A stretch of 64,000 nt of DNA from a virus. The notes beneath the pieces are model-generated. The model was not told where the DNA came from, did no database searches, and saw only the letters and a list, made by a program, of their open reading frames with translations. The stretch is from IMG/VR virus record IMGVR_UViG_3300033148_007030, positions 34,003-98,002 of that record; one strand, 5' to 3'. Below, in pieces: positions 9,584 to 20,550 of the stretch; the stretch's first letter is position 1; each line of letters begins with the position of its first letter. The position numbers were made by a program, and so were the translations under genes.

Positions 9584-10761
9584 TTACTCCAATAAATAAG
9601 CTTCTGAACATAAATCACATAAAACCCCAAAACCAGGAAAATCCCTAACTTCTACGCTCTCTGGTAAACCCCACCAAGTATTCTCTACTATTCTTAGTAA
9701 CTTTGTATCTCTATTCGATCTCAGCACTTCAATATACTGCAAAATATCTACCGGAAAATTTTCTTTTAATATCTCCTTCACTTGTTGTAATCTTATTTTT
9801 TCTGGTACTGGAGCAGTTATAATAAAATTATCATTAAATTTCTTTCCTTTTCTAGGATGAAATCTGGAGATTAGTTTCCTTAAATTTTCCCAATTTTCAT
9901 CAACTAATTCCCACCATTCTTCTTTCGTTTTAGGGTAAGACATGTTTATTCTCCTTTATCTCTATTTCGTTGTTTACAAAAGGTATCTCTGGCATACCAC
10001 TGTACATATACTTACCAAAAATCTCCATCAGTTCCCACAGTTGAAATTTATATTTTTTACTTGGTAACATATGACAAAAGATTAATTTCTCTGGAGCTTT
10101 TTTATTTAATATTTGCTTTCCAAAATCCGTCAAATCAACTATAACCCTATCATTTATATTAAATTTCATTTTACTTCCTCTCCCTTCTTTCTTAAACCTC
10201 TTTCTTGTTTATAATCTTCCTCTATACATAATTGGGCATATCTAATTAAAACCTCTGTAGGTTCTATTTCCCATCCCACTACTTCCTGTTTTGCTTGTGC
10301 AAGTAATCTTTGGCCTATCCCCGCTGTTTTAGGGTAAGGTGCATCTGTCGGAAATAGATTTTTAATAATATCAATTGCTTTTTGTCTTTTCATTATTCAC
10401 CTTCTTTCTTTTTAAGTTCTTCAAGAACAGCAAGAACAAAGTTTTCAAATGTCCCAAACTTTCGACCAATAAATATACCAGCCCATAAATAAAATATAAC
10501 TGCCCCTATTGCAATTAAACATTCTATTATCTGTTGTATCATTTTACTTCTTCTCCTTTCTTTTGTTTAATCCTTCATGAATCCCATCGAAAGATCATCA
10601 GGCTGTTTTCCATATTCTTTAATACATTGATCAATCCATTCTTGTATTTCAGAAGGCCCCCCACTTGTAACAAGTCCATACCCTCTACCTTCTTTATTCC
10701 ATCGCGGATCTTTGTCACTGTATAACCACCAACTACCCATTTTAGGTCCAAACATACTCAT
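9584..10761 (-). CDS. four small hypothetical proteins
   Basis: ORF track, contiguous on the minus strand. Confidence 0.5.
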
Positions 10762-10763
10762 AA

Positions 10764-11243
10764 TTATTCTCCTTTCTTTTGTTTAAAAAGGTTTCTCTTC
10801 TTAGCCCCATCCAAAATGGTTATTCCATTTAGATGATCAATTTCGTGTTGTATTACAAAAGAAGTTATATTCTTCCTCGGTTTGATTTCTATATAATCAC
10901 CTTTCTGATCAAATCCCTCCACTACAATCACTCTGTCTCGTTTAATGTTCCTTCGTATGTTTGGAACACTCAAACAACCTTCTTGCTCTGAAACCATTTT
11001 CCCTTTAGTAAAAGTTATAACTGGATTAATAAGAACCTGCATATCATTGTTGTCATCACGAAAAGTAATAATCCTTTTACCAACATCAACCTGAGGAGCA
11101 GCTAATCCCATTCCTCTATCAAATAAGGTATCCAGCATATCTTCAATAAATTTCTGTTCTTTCTTTATATCAGATGGTTGAACTCTTACTGCTATTTCTA
11201 ATAAAATTAATTTTGGATATTTAACTATGTTTAAAATTGTCAT
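10764..11243 (-). CDS. def: peptide deformylase
   Basis: GMGLAAPQV, EGCLS and QHEIDH motifs all intact. Confidence 0.95.
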   Translation of the reverse strand: MTILNIVKYPKLILLEIAVRVQPSDIKKEQKFIEDMLDTLFDRGMGLAAPQVDVGKRIITFRDDNNDMQVLINPVITFTKGKMVSEQEGCLSVPNIRRNIKRDRVIVVEGFDQKGDYIEIKPRKNITSFVIQHEIDHLNGITILDGAKKRNLFKQKKGE

Positions 11244-11991
11244 GATGAAATAATACCTCCTTTCTTTTCTAATGTTAAATCTGATACCTTACTTTTTCCA
11301 ATCCTACCAAACAGAAGTCCAAGACATCTAACTGTAGCAACCACAGTTGGAGGAGATGTAGACCAATCATTTTGCAAATCTCGTATTTCTGCTCTCCCTC
11401 CACTAATATGTCTGACAATATCTCCTTTTTTAAAAATTTGTGGAACTAAAACCATGATTATCTCCTTTCTTATTTATAAACATCCTAATTAAATCTCCAC
11501 AAGTTCAGAAAGTAATAAAGCACATATTGCTTCTTTTTCTTCATGTTTTGGCTCAAAAGATCCCATAAAAGATTTTAAATATGGAAGAGCTTTTGCCTTA
11601 AAATCCTCATCTAAACCCTTCTTAAAGTTTATCTTTCCCCCATTAAAAAACAGTTCGGAAAACAAGTCATTATATGGCGTATACCCATTGTAAAAACCCC
11701 GTTTCTTTGCTTCTTCTAATAGGTTCTTATCGGTTTTAATGGTTGATATAATAATCCCAGTTATTTTAGGAAATTTATATTGTTTAAGATCCATAATTAT
11801 CTCCTTTCATAATGGTTAGCGACTTCCTTCAGAAAAGCCAATGCTTTACCTGGAGTCTTTTTTGATATTTTGATAACCTTAGGAATAAAACCAGCATCTA
11901 AATAATAGATATAGGTTACTCCATTTATTGTAGCCCCCATCTCACCATCTTTAGTATAATATCTGATTTTAAAGTTAAGTTTTTTTAGCAT
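11240..11991 (-). CDS. three small hypothetical proteins
   Basis: ORF track with RBS. Confidence 0.5.
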
Positions 11992-12005
11992 TTCTATCCT
12001 TTCTT

Positions 12006-12368
12006 TTAAACATCATAAGAACGGAAATGTAAAATTATAATCCCTTCCTTTTCAGCCCTTCTCATCATATCTTTGCTGCCTTTGGAATTCTCAAGATCGT
12101 TATGAAATACAATAACCATATCAGGATTTTCAACATCTAACATCTGTTGATTGCGAATAAATCCAGCGCCCCTCCCATATTTGTCCCACTCAGCAGGGTA
12201 AACCCGAACTTCATAATCTAACCGTTTTGCAATATCTCCCGCAATCCTGTCAGCCCCCCGACAATCCCCATGAATTATAATCGGATTTTCTTTTTCAAAA
12301 GCAGCCAACACATATACCACAGAGGATAAATCCATCCAATTTCTACCCCCACAAATTAAAACTTTCAT
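12006..12368 (-). CDS. SLOG/YspA-like (DUF2493) protein
   Basis: VLICGGR, IIHGDCRGAD, PAEW..YG..AG..RNQQM, SKGS..M. Confidence 0.85.
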   Translation of the reverse strand: MKVLICGGRNWMDLSSVVYVLAAFEKENPIIIHGDCRGADRIAGDIAKRLDYEVRVYPAEWDKYGRGAGFIRNQQMLDVENPDMVIVFHNDLENSKGSKDMMRRAEKEGIIILHFRSYDV

Positions 12369-12463
12369 TCGGGCCTCCTTTGTTATAGGTTAATATTACC
12401 TTAAAATCCTTTGATACAATAGAAATTCATAGGGCACAATCAATGATCTCTTTAAAGGTATAC

Positions 12464-13780
12464 TCATATCCACCCCATATCAGAATACAAGGCTAACCTC
12501 TCTGCAATATGGCTTATCAGATAATTATGACTAAGATCTAAAAAATCCACAATAATAGCTTCATTCTTACCCTTGACTACTGTTAAACCTCTACCTACTG
12601 CTTGTAATGTCATTGTTTCGCTTTTTCCCCCGCATCCATTAATAACAGAATTCAAAGATGGGATATTTACTCCTTCTCTAAATACTGCTGTGGCGATAAC
12701 AATCTTTATGCTCTTATTTTCAAGAGACTTCTTAACTCCCATTCTTGCTTCTGAATCAGTAGCCCCTTGAACAAAAGGGATATCTAACCCATAAAGTCGT
12801 TTGGCAAGATCAACCAAATTATCTCCGTGGGCAATTTGAACCACCAGAATTAAAACTGTATTTCCTTCATCCATTAATTTCCGAGCTTCCTTTACAATTA
12901 ATCTGTTCCTAGCTCTATTGAAAACAATACCTTTTTCATAAACAACTTTATATTTACCCAGTTTTCGTATTCGTTCACTTTTAGGAACCTTGATCAATTG
13001 TATTCTTGGTCTTGCTATAATTCCTTTTTCTGCTGCTTCCTGTATAGTTAACTCTCCAATAACAGGTCCCATTGTCCCCTCCAAAGTCATCGTAGCTACT
13101 TTACTAAGAGGAAGAGTTGCAGTAAATCCAATCCTGAGTGTAGCTAACATTTGATGAAGAACTTTCGCATAGTGTCCAGTTGGGTTACCCAAATGATGGA
13201 CTTCGTCTGTTATTACCCCATCGTAAATATCACAGTATTCTATAGGGTTTTTGTTTGCCCAAGATTGAATAGTTCCAACATCCACCCGAGATGAAAAACC
13301 AAACCTATCCACATCTTCCTGGAGTTGATTAACTATATCCAAAGTATGAGCAAGAAGAAGAAACACGCCTTTTGGAAAAGCAGAAATAATGCCCATCATA
13401 ATAATACTTTTTCCTGATCGTGTGGGGCTTTTTATAACTCCTCTTTGTATAGTAATAGCTTTTTCTATTAACTCAATCTGGTCCTGTCTAAAAGTAATTC
13501 CAGGTATTTCAAATTTTCCAGGTTTTAATTTCTCCTCATTTCCTTTGATGGTAAGAACAATATCTTGTCGTTTACAATACCCCTTTACTCTTGGAATAAG
13601 TCCTGTAAGAAACACCCCTTCTTTATCAATCAGATATTTTCTGTATTCCTTTTTTGTTCTCTTTCCAAACCTGCCCCTTATCCAAAACTCAGCTTTGTAG
13701 GATAAAAGTGGTTTTAGTAAACCAATTCCTTCTTTTACCTGAGAATGGACAGGATCTAATATAGTAATTTTTAAATTCAT
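12464..13780 (-). CDS. SF2 DEAH-type helicase (UvsW-like)
   Basis: SPTRSGKS, DEVHH, FTAT, EGVNIP, QAVGRGL. Confidence 0.9.
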   Translation of the reverse strand: MNLKITILDPVHSQVKEGIGLLKPLLSYKAEFWIRGRFGKRTKKEYRKYLIDKEGVFLTGLIPRVKGYCKRQDIVLTIKGNEEKLKPGKFEIPGITFRQDQIELIEKAITIQRGVIKSPTRSGKSIIMMGIISAFPKGVFLLLAHTLDIVNQLQEDVDRFGFSSRVDVGTIQSWANKNPIEYCDIYDGVITDEVHHLGNPTGHYAKVLHQMLATLRIGFTATLPLSKVATMTLEGTMGPVIGELTIQEAAEKGIIARPRIQLIKVPKSERIRKLGKYKVVYEKGIVFNRARNRLIVKEARKLMDEGNTVLILVVQIAHGDNLVDLAKRLYGLDIPFVQGATDSEARMGVKKSLENKSIKIVIATAVFREGVNIPSLNSVINGCGGKSETMTLQAVGRGLTVVKGKNEAIIVDFLDLSHNYLISHIAERLALYSDMGWI

Positions 13781-13798
13781 TAGTGAAATCCTTAATGT

Positions 13799-14116
13799 TT
13801 AATTAAAAAGAGATATATACTCCTTTATTTCCTGGAGATCTCGACGAATGGCTGATCGTTCTTTAATAGTAAAAGATCGGGATGTTCCAGAAAAAACTGG
13901 TTTTCTTTTTTTTCGTAAAAAGTTGTCAATATGATACTTTTTTGCTTGGGTAGTTTGTTCCATCCCCCAATTAAACAATTCTCCTGGAGAAAATATTATT
14001 AATCTCAAAAGTTCTTTAGCTTCCTTAGTTAAATCATAGTAAGCCTCTTTCTTCATCAACTGTGATTCTGGATTCTCTCCATGAATTGCTTCAACTGTAA
14101 ATACTTCTCTCTGCAT
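13799..14116 (-). CDS. hypothetical protein (true start probably MQREVF at 14116)
   Basis: AAAGGAGA RBS precedes 14116; the ORF-track extension runs through a repeated hairpin leader. Confidence 0.55.
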   Translation of the reverse strand: MQREVFTVEAIHGENPESQLMKKEAYYDLTKEAKELLRLIIFSPGELFNWGMEQTTQAKKYHIDNFLRKKRKPVFSGTSRSFTIKERSAIRRDLQEIKEYISLFN

Positions 14117-14122
14117 AGTAGA

Positions 14123-14187
14123 TCTCCTTTCATTTAAGGTTAAATTCTTATCTCTGCCTATCTCCTCCAAGATAAGCAAAGTAAAAA
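14123..14187 (-). repeat. hairpin + TTAAC(C/T)TTAA + SD leader, copy A
   Basis: Stem CTTTGCTTATCTT-GGAG-GAGATAGGCAGAG; near-identical to 16112-16175 and 17037-17100. Confidence 0.8.
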
Positions 14188-14188
14188 C

Positions 14189-14392
14189 TTAACTAACTTC
14201 TACATATTCCATTGTCACTTGAAGCAGATGATCATAATCGCCGGCTATGGCCTCGTTCATATACTTATCGCAATACTCATGATCTGCCCCCGCATCCTTC
14301 AATACTTTTTTTACTCTACCTATAATTGCAAATGCGTTCCCATCTTTACCTACTAATTCTACTTCTGGTTTTGTTTCTGGTGCTTTCATCAT
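14189..14392 (-). CDS. conserved small phage protein
   Basis: LVGKDGNAFAIIGRV...GDYDHLL motif common in phages; function unknown. Confidence 0.7.
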   Translation of the reverse strand: MMKAPETKPEVELVGKDGNAFAIIGRVKKVLKDAGADHEYCDKYMNEAIAGDYDHLLQVTMEYVEVS

Positions 14393-14410
14393 AGTCTCCT
14401 TTCTGATTGT

Positions 14411-15246
14411 TTACTGATTTCTTTCCCATAATTTCATGTTTGCATGTACCTTGTCGGTTAAACTGATTGAGTTAGAAATATTTTTACCTGCTCGTACAGC
14501 TCCATTCTTACCGACCCAATAAAATGAATCAGGAGAAGAACCAGTGAACTTTCTGTATCTATTCTTAGAAGGTAATTCTTGTTTATTCAGCCCTTCCATT
14601 AAATGACGAATGACTCTGTCGGTTAATGTTTTTGGTTGCCCTTTCCTTGGTCCTTTTGCATAAGTCTGATATGACAACATCTTCTTTCTCCTTTCTTTTT
14701 ATAAAAGATTATCCTTTCAACTTCTCTCCACGAGTATTGTATAATTGTCCTCTTCCTCTACCTAAACCAGTTCCATGAATTGTAAAACAAGGATCACACA
14801 TTATGGTCCAGTGACCTGTCCTAGTTTTCCCATCAACAAAAGTACCAACAAGATCAGCACCACATAAATCACATCTTTTGGGAACTGGTAAAATCCAACT
14901 ATTTTTCGGAGTTTCCTGCTCCAAAATCATTCGTAATCTTCCCATCATTTTCTCCTTCCATTTTTAATTGACGTAAACATCTCCAAAAAGCAATCCTATT
15001 TGACCTACCTTCTATTTTAGGATATAAGACTTTGGCTTCTTCTAATGTTAAACTCCTCACTACACCTTTTTCAAGATCAATTTCAACCAATCTCTCATCA
15101 TACTCCTGCTCCTGTCTGGAATATTCAGGATACATATCTGGTATACATTCCGAAGACATTGCTATTGATTTAAAACTCGCTGGCCCAAAATCGTATAAAG
15201 TTTCTATTACCATCATTTTCTCCTTTCTTCTAAGATTAACATTCAA
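14411..15246 (-). CDS. three small early hypothetical proteins
   Basis: ORF track; one has CxxC..FVDGKT..G.W..MC..C. Confidence 0.55.
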
Positions 15247-15523
15247 CCACCCCTCTATTCTTCATCAGCTTAAAGCTGGGGGCCGATAAATATAATAGCC
15301 AAGAATAGAGGGTAGACAAAAAATTAATCTCTCGGCCTTTTTGCATGACCGCTTTTCCTTCTTGGACTTTCATGAGCATAACATCTATCTGCAGATGGTT
15401 GTCTTTCGACCACATTCTTCTTTAATGGTTTTCCACAAGCTGCGCAACGTTTATTGCTCATTTCTCTAAAATCATAAAGTTTCTTTGTCATCGTTTTTCT
15501 CCTTTCTTTTTAAAATTAAAATG

Positions 15524-15817
15524 AATGAACGGAAGAGATTGGTTTCGACCTTGCTTCCCCACGATTCGTTTTCAAGCACGTTCGACAGACGAAATTGCGG
15601 TACTCACGTCCATTGCGGATTGGTTACCGCGGCCCCGCTTGGCGTTCTGTGCCTCGCATTGCCAGTTTTGCTACTTTCTTTTCACTACACGTTACTTAAA
15701 AGCCGTGGCCAAATTACCCTATGGGCTATGGCAACTACTCGCTACTAAGTTTCACATCCTGGATGCGCGTCTTGTTTCCCTCAATGTCGGCTTATGTGTA
15801 CCCTACTTCCGTTCATT
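15524..15817 (-). ncRNA. candidate ~294-nt structured ncRNA
   Basis: GC-richer gap with no sense-strand ORF, closed by a perfect 12-bp inverted repeat AATGAACGGAAG/CTTCCGTTCATT, with multiple internal helices. Confidence 0.6.
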
Positions 15818-15823
15818 TGAAAG

Positions 15824-18076
15824 CTATTCTTTTGAATATATTTTTGCCCAGTCTTGTATATCATTCCAAGCTAACTTACAAAGTAGATAAATAGGTTGAG
15901 TCATTGCCTTGTCAAAACCAAGCTTCTCTGTTGCTTTATCAGCGGCATCATAAATTGAAAGTTTATAACAAAGATCAAAGTTATATATTTCATCTTTATG
16001 TTTATCTGCCTCCTCTTGATCAAAGGATTCTTCTCTTAACTTTTGAGTTAATAATATTGCTTCTGCGAACCTTTCCTCTGGCAATCTTTCACTAAAATCT
16101 ATCATTGTCATTCTCCTTTCATTTAAGGTTAAATTCTTATCTCTGCCTACTTCCTCAAATAGACAGAGTAAAAAATCAATAATGAATCAAATACATCATT
16201 ATGCCAATACCAACTACAAATACAAGAAGTACCCATTCTGTCCAATCAGATTTGATTTTCATATTTTCTCCTGTTTATTTTTATTGACAATGCCCGCAAT
16301 CAGGGCAAACAAATATTTTATCAAATTCTTGCCATTCCATAGCTTCTGCATCGTTGCCGCACTCTTCGCATTTCCCAGCGTTTTCAGCGAGGGCTGCTTC
16401 CGTCTCTTCCAAAAGAATTCCAGCAAATTCTTCCATCGCTTTATTTTCGAGCTGTTTAGCTGTTAATTCTTTTGCTCGTTTCATCATTCTGTCAAAAATT
16501 TTAAATTGTGTCCCACTGTCCAGTGAGTCAAACTTTACTTTATTTAACATTGTCCTGTCCTCCCGTTAAAGTTTAGATCTCTTTTCTTTTAAGTAATTTG
16601 ATTATTCTTTCTGGTTTCTGTTCTTCTTGATTTCTCCTCCTCAATCTTTTTAGCCTTTTTCCTTCCAAGATATATTCGTTATATGCCGGACAATCTTCAT
16701 TACAATAAAATCTACAAATAACGGCATCAACACGAACAATACCATTGAAGATTGGGCCTTGCCCTCTATCGCAATAATCCGGTCGGGGCATAAAACTATC
16801 TTGCATACTTCTTTGTGGTTTCAAATCTATTAGTTTTCTTTTCATTTATCCTCCTTCTACTTTATAATAATTTCAGTTTGGTTTTCTAAAACTGCCGCGG
16901 AAGCCCCCTTTTTTGCTTCCTCATCAGAAATTTTCAAGCCTCGAAGAGTGTAATAAATCTCTTGGTATGTTTGTCCTGCATGAATTCTTACCCCTTTGTA
17001 ATTAATATATACTGATTGAGCCATTTCCATTATCTTTCTCCTTCTTGTTAAAGTTAATTCCTTATCTCTGCCTATTTCCTCAAATAAGCAGAGTAAAAAT
17101 TTAACTTTCTTTGGCAATCAAATCGTAGAGTTTGGCTTTGAGAGCAACAACTTCCATTTCCAAGGCATCAATAGCATCAGCTTTCTTATCAATTATATCT
17201 TCCAGATCAGATTTGTCTTCATACAACTGCGCTACTGTTCCAGTAAGAGCGTCCGATCTTTCTGATTGTATTTTAACATTTGCTGCAAGACCTTCAGTTT
17301 CCTTTTTCCAAAATTCAATTGTATTTTTCAGATCTTCTATCTCTTCTTTGAGAGGTTGACTGACCCCAAAACCCCAATCGTAAAGATCAGGTGGGAAATC
17401 ATTCTTAATTTGTTGACTTACCCAACCTACTAATTTATCTGTAAAAAAATCCTTCAGGTAAGTATCTGTTCCTGAATATATCTTCTGGAGTTTCTCAAGA
17501 ACCACTATCTCCTCTGCCTTTGCTGGGTCGTCAGTATTTATTGTTATTCTGCTTGTCATGATGTTCTCCTTTCTTTAAGTTAAAGTTAATCCTTCATCAA
17601 TGCCCCTATCCAAAGGAGCATTGTCAAGGGTTACTGTTTATAAGCAATTAAAGTACCAGGATCATGCCATTCAATAAGATAATTCATTCCTTCAACAGCC
17701 TCTTTAAGTTTTTCATTAATCCAAGGATAACCTCCTCTAAACTCACCATAATAGTCAGCCGCATTGAACTCATCAATCTCCCCGCCCTCGGCAGCATTCC
17801 CAAGATGTACTTTCTCCTCTCCTTGCGCATGAATACCGTCGATATTAGGGAACATCGCTTTCAAATTACTTTCAACTATTATTGCTGTAATCTTTTCCAT
17901 CTTCATTCTCCCTTTTATGTTAAAAATCGGTGTAGATTTAATTACCTTGTAGCTCCCTTCCCAAACTCGTGGGCTTCCCTTAATGTCCAAAACTTTTCTA
18001 TGTTTACCTTGGTACCGTTAATTGTCAACCATACCCTGTAGCCACCGTCAAATAACTGCTGAATTTCGTATCTCAT
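15824..18076 (-). CDS. early-region small hypothetical proteins (about 7 ORFs)
   Basis: ORF track; each preceded by a strong AGGAG-type RBS. Confidence 0.55.
16112..16175 (-). repeat. hairpin + enhancer + SD leader, copy B
   Basis: Stem CTCTGTCTATTT-GAGG-AAGTAGGCAGAG then AATTTAACCTTAAATGAAAGGAGA. Confidence 0.8.
17037..17100 (-). repeat. hairpin + enhancer + SD leader, copy C
   Basis: Stem CTCTGCTTATTT-GAGG-AAATAGGCAGAG then AATTAACTTTAACAAGAAGGAGA. Confidence 0.8.
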
Positions 18077-18159
18077 CTTCTTTCTCCTTTCTTTAGTTAA
18101 AATTAATCCTTCGTTCTTGTCCACCATCTCTGATAGACAAGACCAAGAATCAAATTATC

Positions 18160-18698
18160 TGGTGGTTTCTAAATCCTTTACTGTCCGGGAAAACAGCCCG
18201 TCGAGCCTAAGGACTACCTGAATCCCATTACCGTATGTGTTTGGCTGGCATCGCTCAACCAGTTGCAACTATCGGCTTCTATTGTCAAAAAACAATTAAG
18301 AGCTTTGCTTCCTAGATTTTCTTTTATGTTTAATTTCTTCTTCATTGTAATTATATATATAATATAAATAATATAATAAATAAAACCTGATATAAACCGA
18401 TATAAGCTGATTATGGTTGATTATCGACGGTTAAATAATAGAATGCTTAATTTCTCTTAGTTATACTTAATATTCCTTTAGTTTTCTTTGATTTTTAAAA
18501 CAGGAAACTAATTTATTCAATGATTTCAACAACTTATAGAAAACAAGAAAAATCAATTTTTTTAATTTTTTTTAAAAATAATTTTTCAATGATTTCAATA
18601 ACTTATAGAAACCCATTAATTTTTTATCCTTTTAAACAAAAAATAGGGGTATGACAATTTATTTTGTCATACCCCTACCAGGTTCTACTAAAACTATA
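18160..18698. promoter_or_regulatory. late/early intergenic junction: early promoter region, boxA-like site, direct repeats
   Basis: ~540 bp without an ORF; AT-rich TATAAT region ~18345-18385; TGTTTTTTGACAAT at ~18281-18294; repeated AATGATTTCAA(C/T)AACTTATAGAAA. Confidence 0.6.
18643..18676 (-). terminator. intrinsic terminator ending the late/lysis operon
   Basis: TAGGGGTATGACAA...TTGTCATACCCCTA perfect stem followed by TTTTT on the minus strand. Confidence 0.8.
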
Positions 18699-19094
18699 TT
18701 ATTTTTTCTTATCTAGAAGATACCCAACTCCATAACTACCAAAGTAAAAGATTATTATAGCTATAATTGGATTCTTGAGTACCATTGAACATTCAAAAAG
18801 TCGTTTCGACCAACCAACAAACCATGGATAAACAAAGGCTGACATCAAAAGCAATAAAAGAAAAGCACTACAAAACATTATAGCTATTACCCTACGAGTA
18901 ATTGATCGAATTGAACTTTCACTTACTGCAAGTTCTACTCTTTTCATAATAAGTTGACCAGTTGCTATCATAGCATCATGCTTCTCTTCTTTAGTAAAAA
19001 ACAATTTGTCCAATCCTGCAACTGCCCCTTCTGCTACAGTAGACATAGTATCAACTGCTTTCTTACTTCCCGATAAAAAACTAAACAATCCCAT
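18699..19094 (-). CDS. holin-like membrane protein (3TM-holin type)
   Basis: LDKLFFTKEEK N-terminal motif, C-terminal TM helices, YFG ending; next to the putative lysin. Confidence 0.7.
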   Translation of the reverse strand: MGLFSFLSGSKKAVDTMSTVAEGAVAGLDKLFFTKEEKHDAMIATGQLIMKRVELAVSESSIRSITRRVIAIMFCSAFLLLLLMSAFVYPWFVGWSKRLFECSMVLKNPIIAIIIFYFGSYGVGYLLDKKK

Positions 19095-19104
19095 CTTACC
19101 CTCC

Positions 19105-19701
19105 TTAAAAAAGATTTATAATTTCTATCTGATCACCTTCTTTTAATGTAGGAACTATTTCTTCTTGAAACTTTCTAAAAGTATTCCCACTATTCAGAAC
19201 AGCTCTATTTCCTGTAAGTTTCCCTAATTCACTTCCCATTAAATTACAACCCAAAGATTGGCGTTCCCAATTTCCCGAATGAAATAATAAAGCGGTATGT
19301 CCAGGAACAATAATCTCCATAGTATTATGCCACTTAGTATCTTCATTGCCTGGAAAATATCTCACAGGATAAACTCCAGGAGGAATTTGAAAACGCTGAG
19401 GATCTTTGTCATCCGGTTCTAACAACCAACAGAATACTTTCCCATCTGCTGAAAAAGATCCTATAGCGCCATCTTCAGTTTGTTCTTGCCGAACGTTTCT
19501 AAACCTTGTTTTCATTTTATTACCCCCTTTAACCATTCCAAGAAACTTTGAAACATTTTGTCTCATTTGTTTACTATGCTTTGCTTCCTCATGAAACCAA
19601 ATTTCAAAACTTGTTAAGAAATCTTCTAGATACGCTTCCCAATCCCCTGGCAGAGAAGAAGAAGGCATATACTCCTTATTAATAAAAGCTTGTAGATCCA
19701 T
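19105..19701 (-). CDS. DUF5675-type putative cell-wall enzyme/endolysin (probable internal start MKTRF near 19514)
   Basis: IG.F..DG..FC..LEP, IPPGVY, VPG....LFHSGN, SLGCNL.G motif. Confidence 0.75.
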   Translation of the reverse strand: MDLQAFINKEYMPSSSLPGDWEAYLEDFLTSFEIWFHEEAKHSKQMRQNVSKFLGMVKGGNKMKTRFRNVRQEQTEDGAIGSFSADGKVFCWLLEPDDKDPQRFQIPPGVYPVRYFPGNEDTKWHNTMEIIVPGHTALLFHSGNWERQSLGCNLMGSELGKLTGNRAVLNSGNTFRKFQEEIVPTLKEGDQIEIINLF

Positions 19702-19711
19702 TGGCTCAACC

Positions 19712-20182
19712 TCATTGGCTGTCTTTAAAATTTATAATAGATTTCAATGCAAATATATCATTCGTTGATACGACACCTTTTGGAACATCATTAATTTGCA
19801 TTTCCAACTTCCCTTCCTGTATAATAAATTCTACATTTAGAAGTTCAGTAAACTCTTTTTGAAACCATTGAGCTTTCGTAGTAAAAAGAAACTGACCTGG
19901 ATTTGGCTGAATCAATTTTCCTTGGGCATCCTTATCCCCATATTTGTCAACAAGATTTTGTTTTTGCTTAACAAAAGCATTTATAGGGCTTTGCAGCTTA
20001 TCCAAAATTATCGATAATTTGAAACTAAACGCAGCTGATAAATCAACAGGATTCCCATGCATGTCTTTCGATTCTCGTAACCTTGTTAACCCATCACAGT
20101 TAATCAACATTTCCAAATCTGAATTTTTCAAAGTTATTTGGTTCTTCTTTTTTGCTAATTTTAATACTTTCTTGTTTGCCAT
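19712..20182 (-). CDS. DUF1617-like protein
   Basis: SFKL..I...L......F...K..LV.KY...D..G...F..E..ELLN.E pattern; lies after the tail-tip gene. Confidence 0.55.
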   Translation of the reverse strand: MANKKVLKLAKKKNQITLKNSDLEMLINCDGLTRLRESKDMHGNPVDLSAAFSFKLSIILDKLQSPINAFVKQKQNLVDKYGDKDAQGKLIQPNPGQFLFTTKAQWFQKEFTELLNVEFIIQEGKLEMQINDVPKGVVSTNDIFALKSIINFKDSQ

Positions 20183-20205
20183 TTCTTTGCCCCCGGATTA
20201 AATGT

Positions 20206-20490
20206 TTAAAATTTGAAACCTAGTTTAATTCCTTTTTGTCGGTCAGATATTATAAACCCCCAACAGATTCCATTAGAAAGAGTTAATATCATTTTCTTAT
20301 GTTTTGGAAATAGTTTCGTTGCTCCATAAACCATTCCAATCTCTACCACTTTTGTAATATACACTTGTTGCTTGGATGGATGCTTTCCATATATAGGGTT
20401 GATTTCCCAATACCCCATCTCCTGTTGATAATTCATATTTCCTGCTGATATAATCTGTCCTGCTATAAATAATGCCCATAAATAATTCAT
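20206..20490 (-). CDS. small membrane protein with its own promoter (moron-like)
   Basis: Hydrophobic segments, EINP..G..PS motif. Confidence 0.55.
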   Translation of the reverse strand: MNYLWALFIAGQIISAGNMNYQQEMGYWEINPIYGKHPSKQQVYITKVVEIGMVYGATKLFPKHKKMILTLSNGICWGFIISDRQKGIKLGFKF

Positions 20491-20510
20491 ATAACCCTCC
20501 TTTTCTATTT

Positions 20511-20550
20511 AGTATATAATAGAAAAAAGAGAAGTTTTACAACTAAATTT
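20511..20550 (-). promoter_or_regulatory. conserved phage promoter-like motif, class A copy 2
   Basis: Same motif as 842-881. Confidence 0.6.

Noticed and set aside
15485-15890. + strand ORFs of 87 and 121 aa
   Set aside because: Antisense to all neighbours with atypical composition; the region is better explained as structured RNA
14123-17100. CRISPR array interpretation of the repeated hairpins
   Set aside because: The repeats are separated by whole genes (0.9-2 kb), not by regular spacers, and no cas genes are present
13799-17117. Shared N-terminal peptide EEIGRDK.LTL..RR in two ORFs
   Set aside because: Artefact of ORF extension through the non-coding leader repeat; true starts follow the SD
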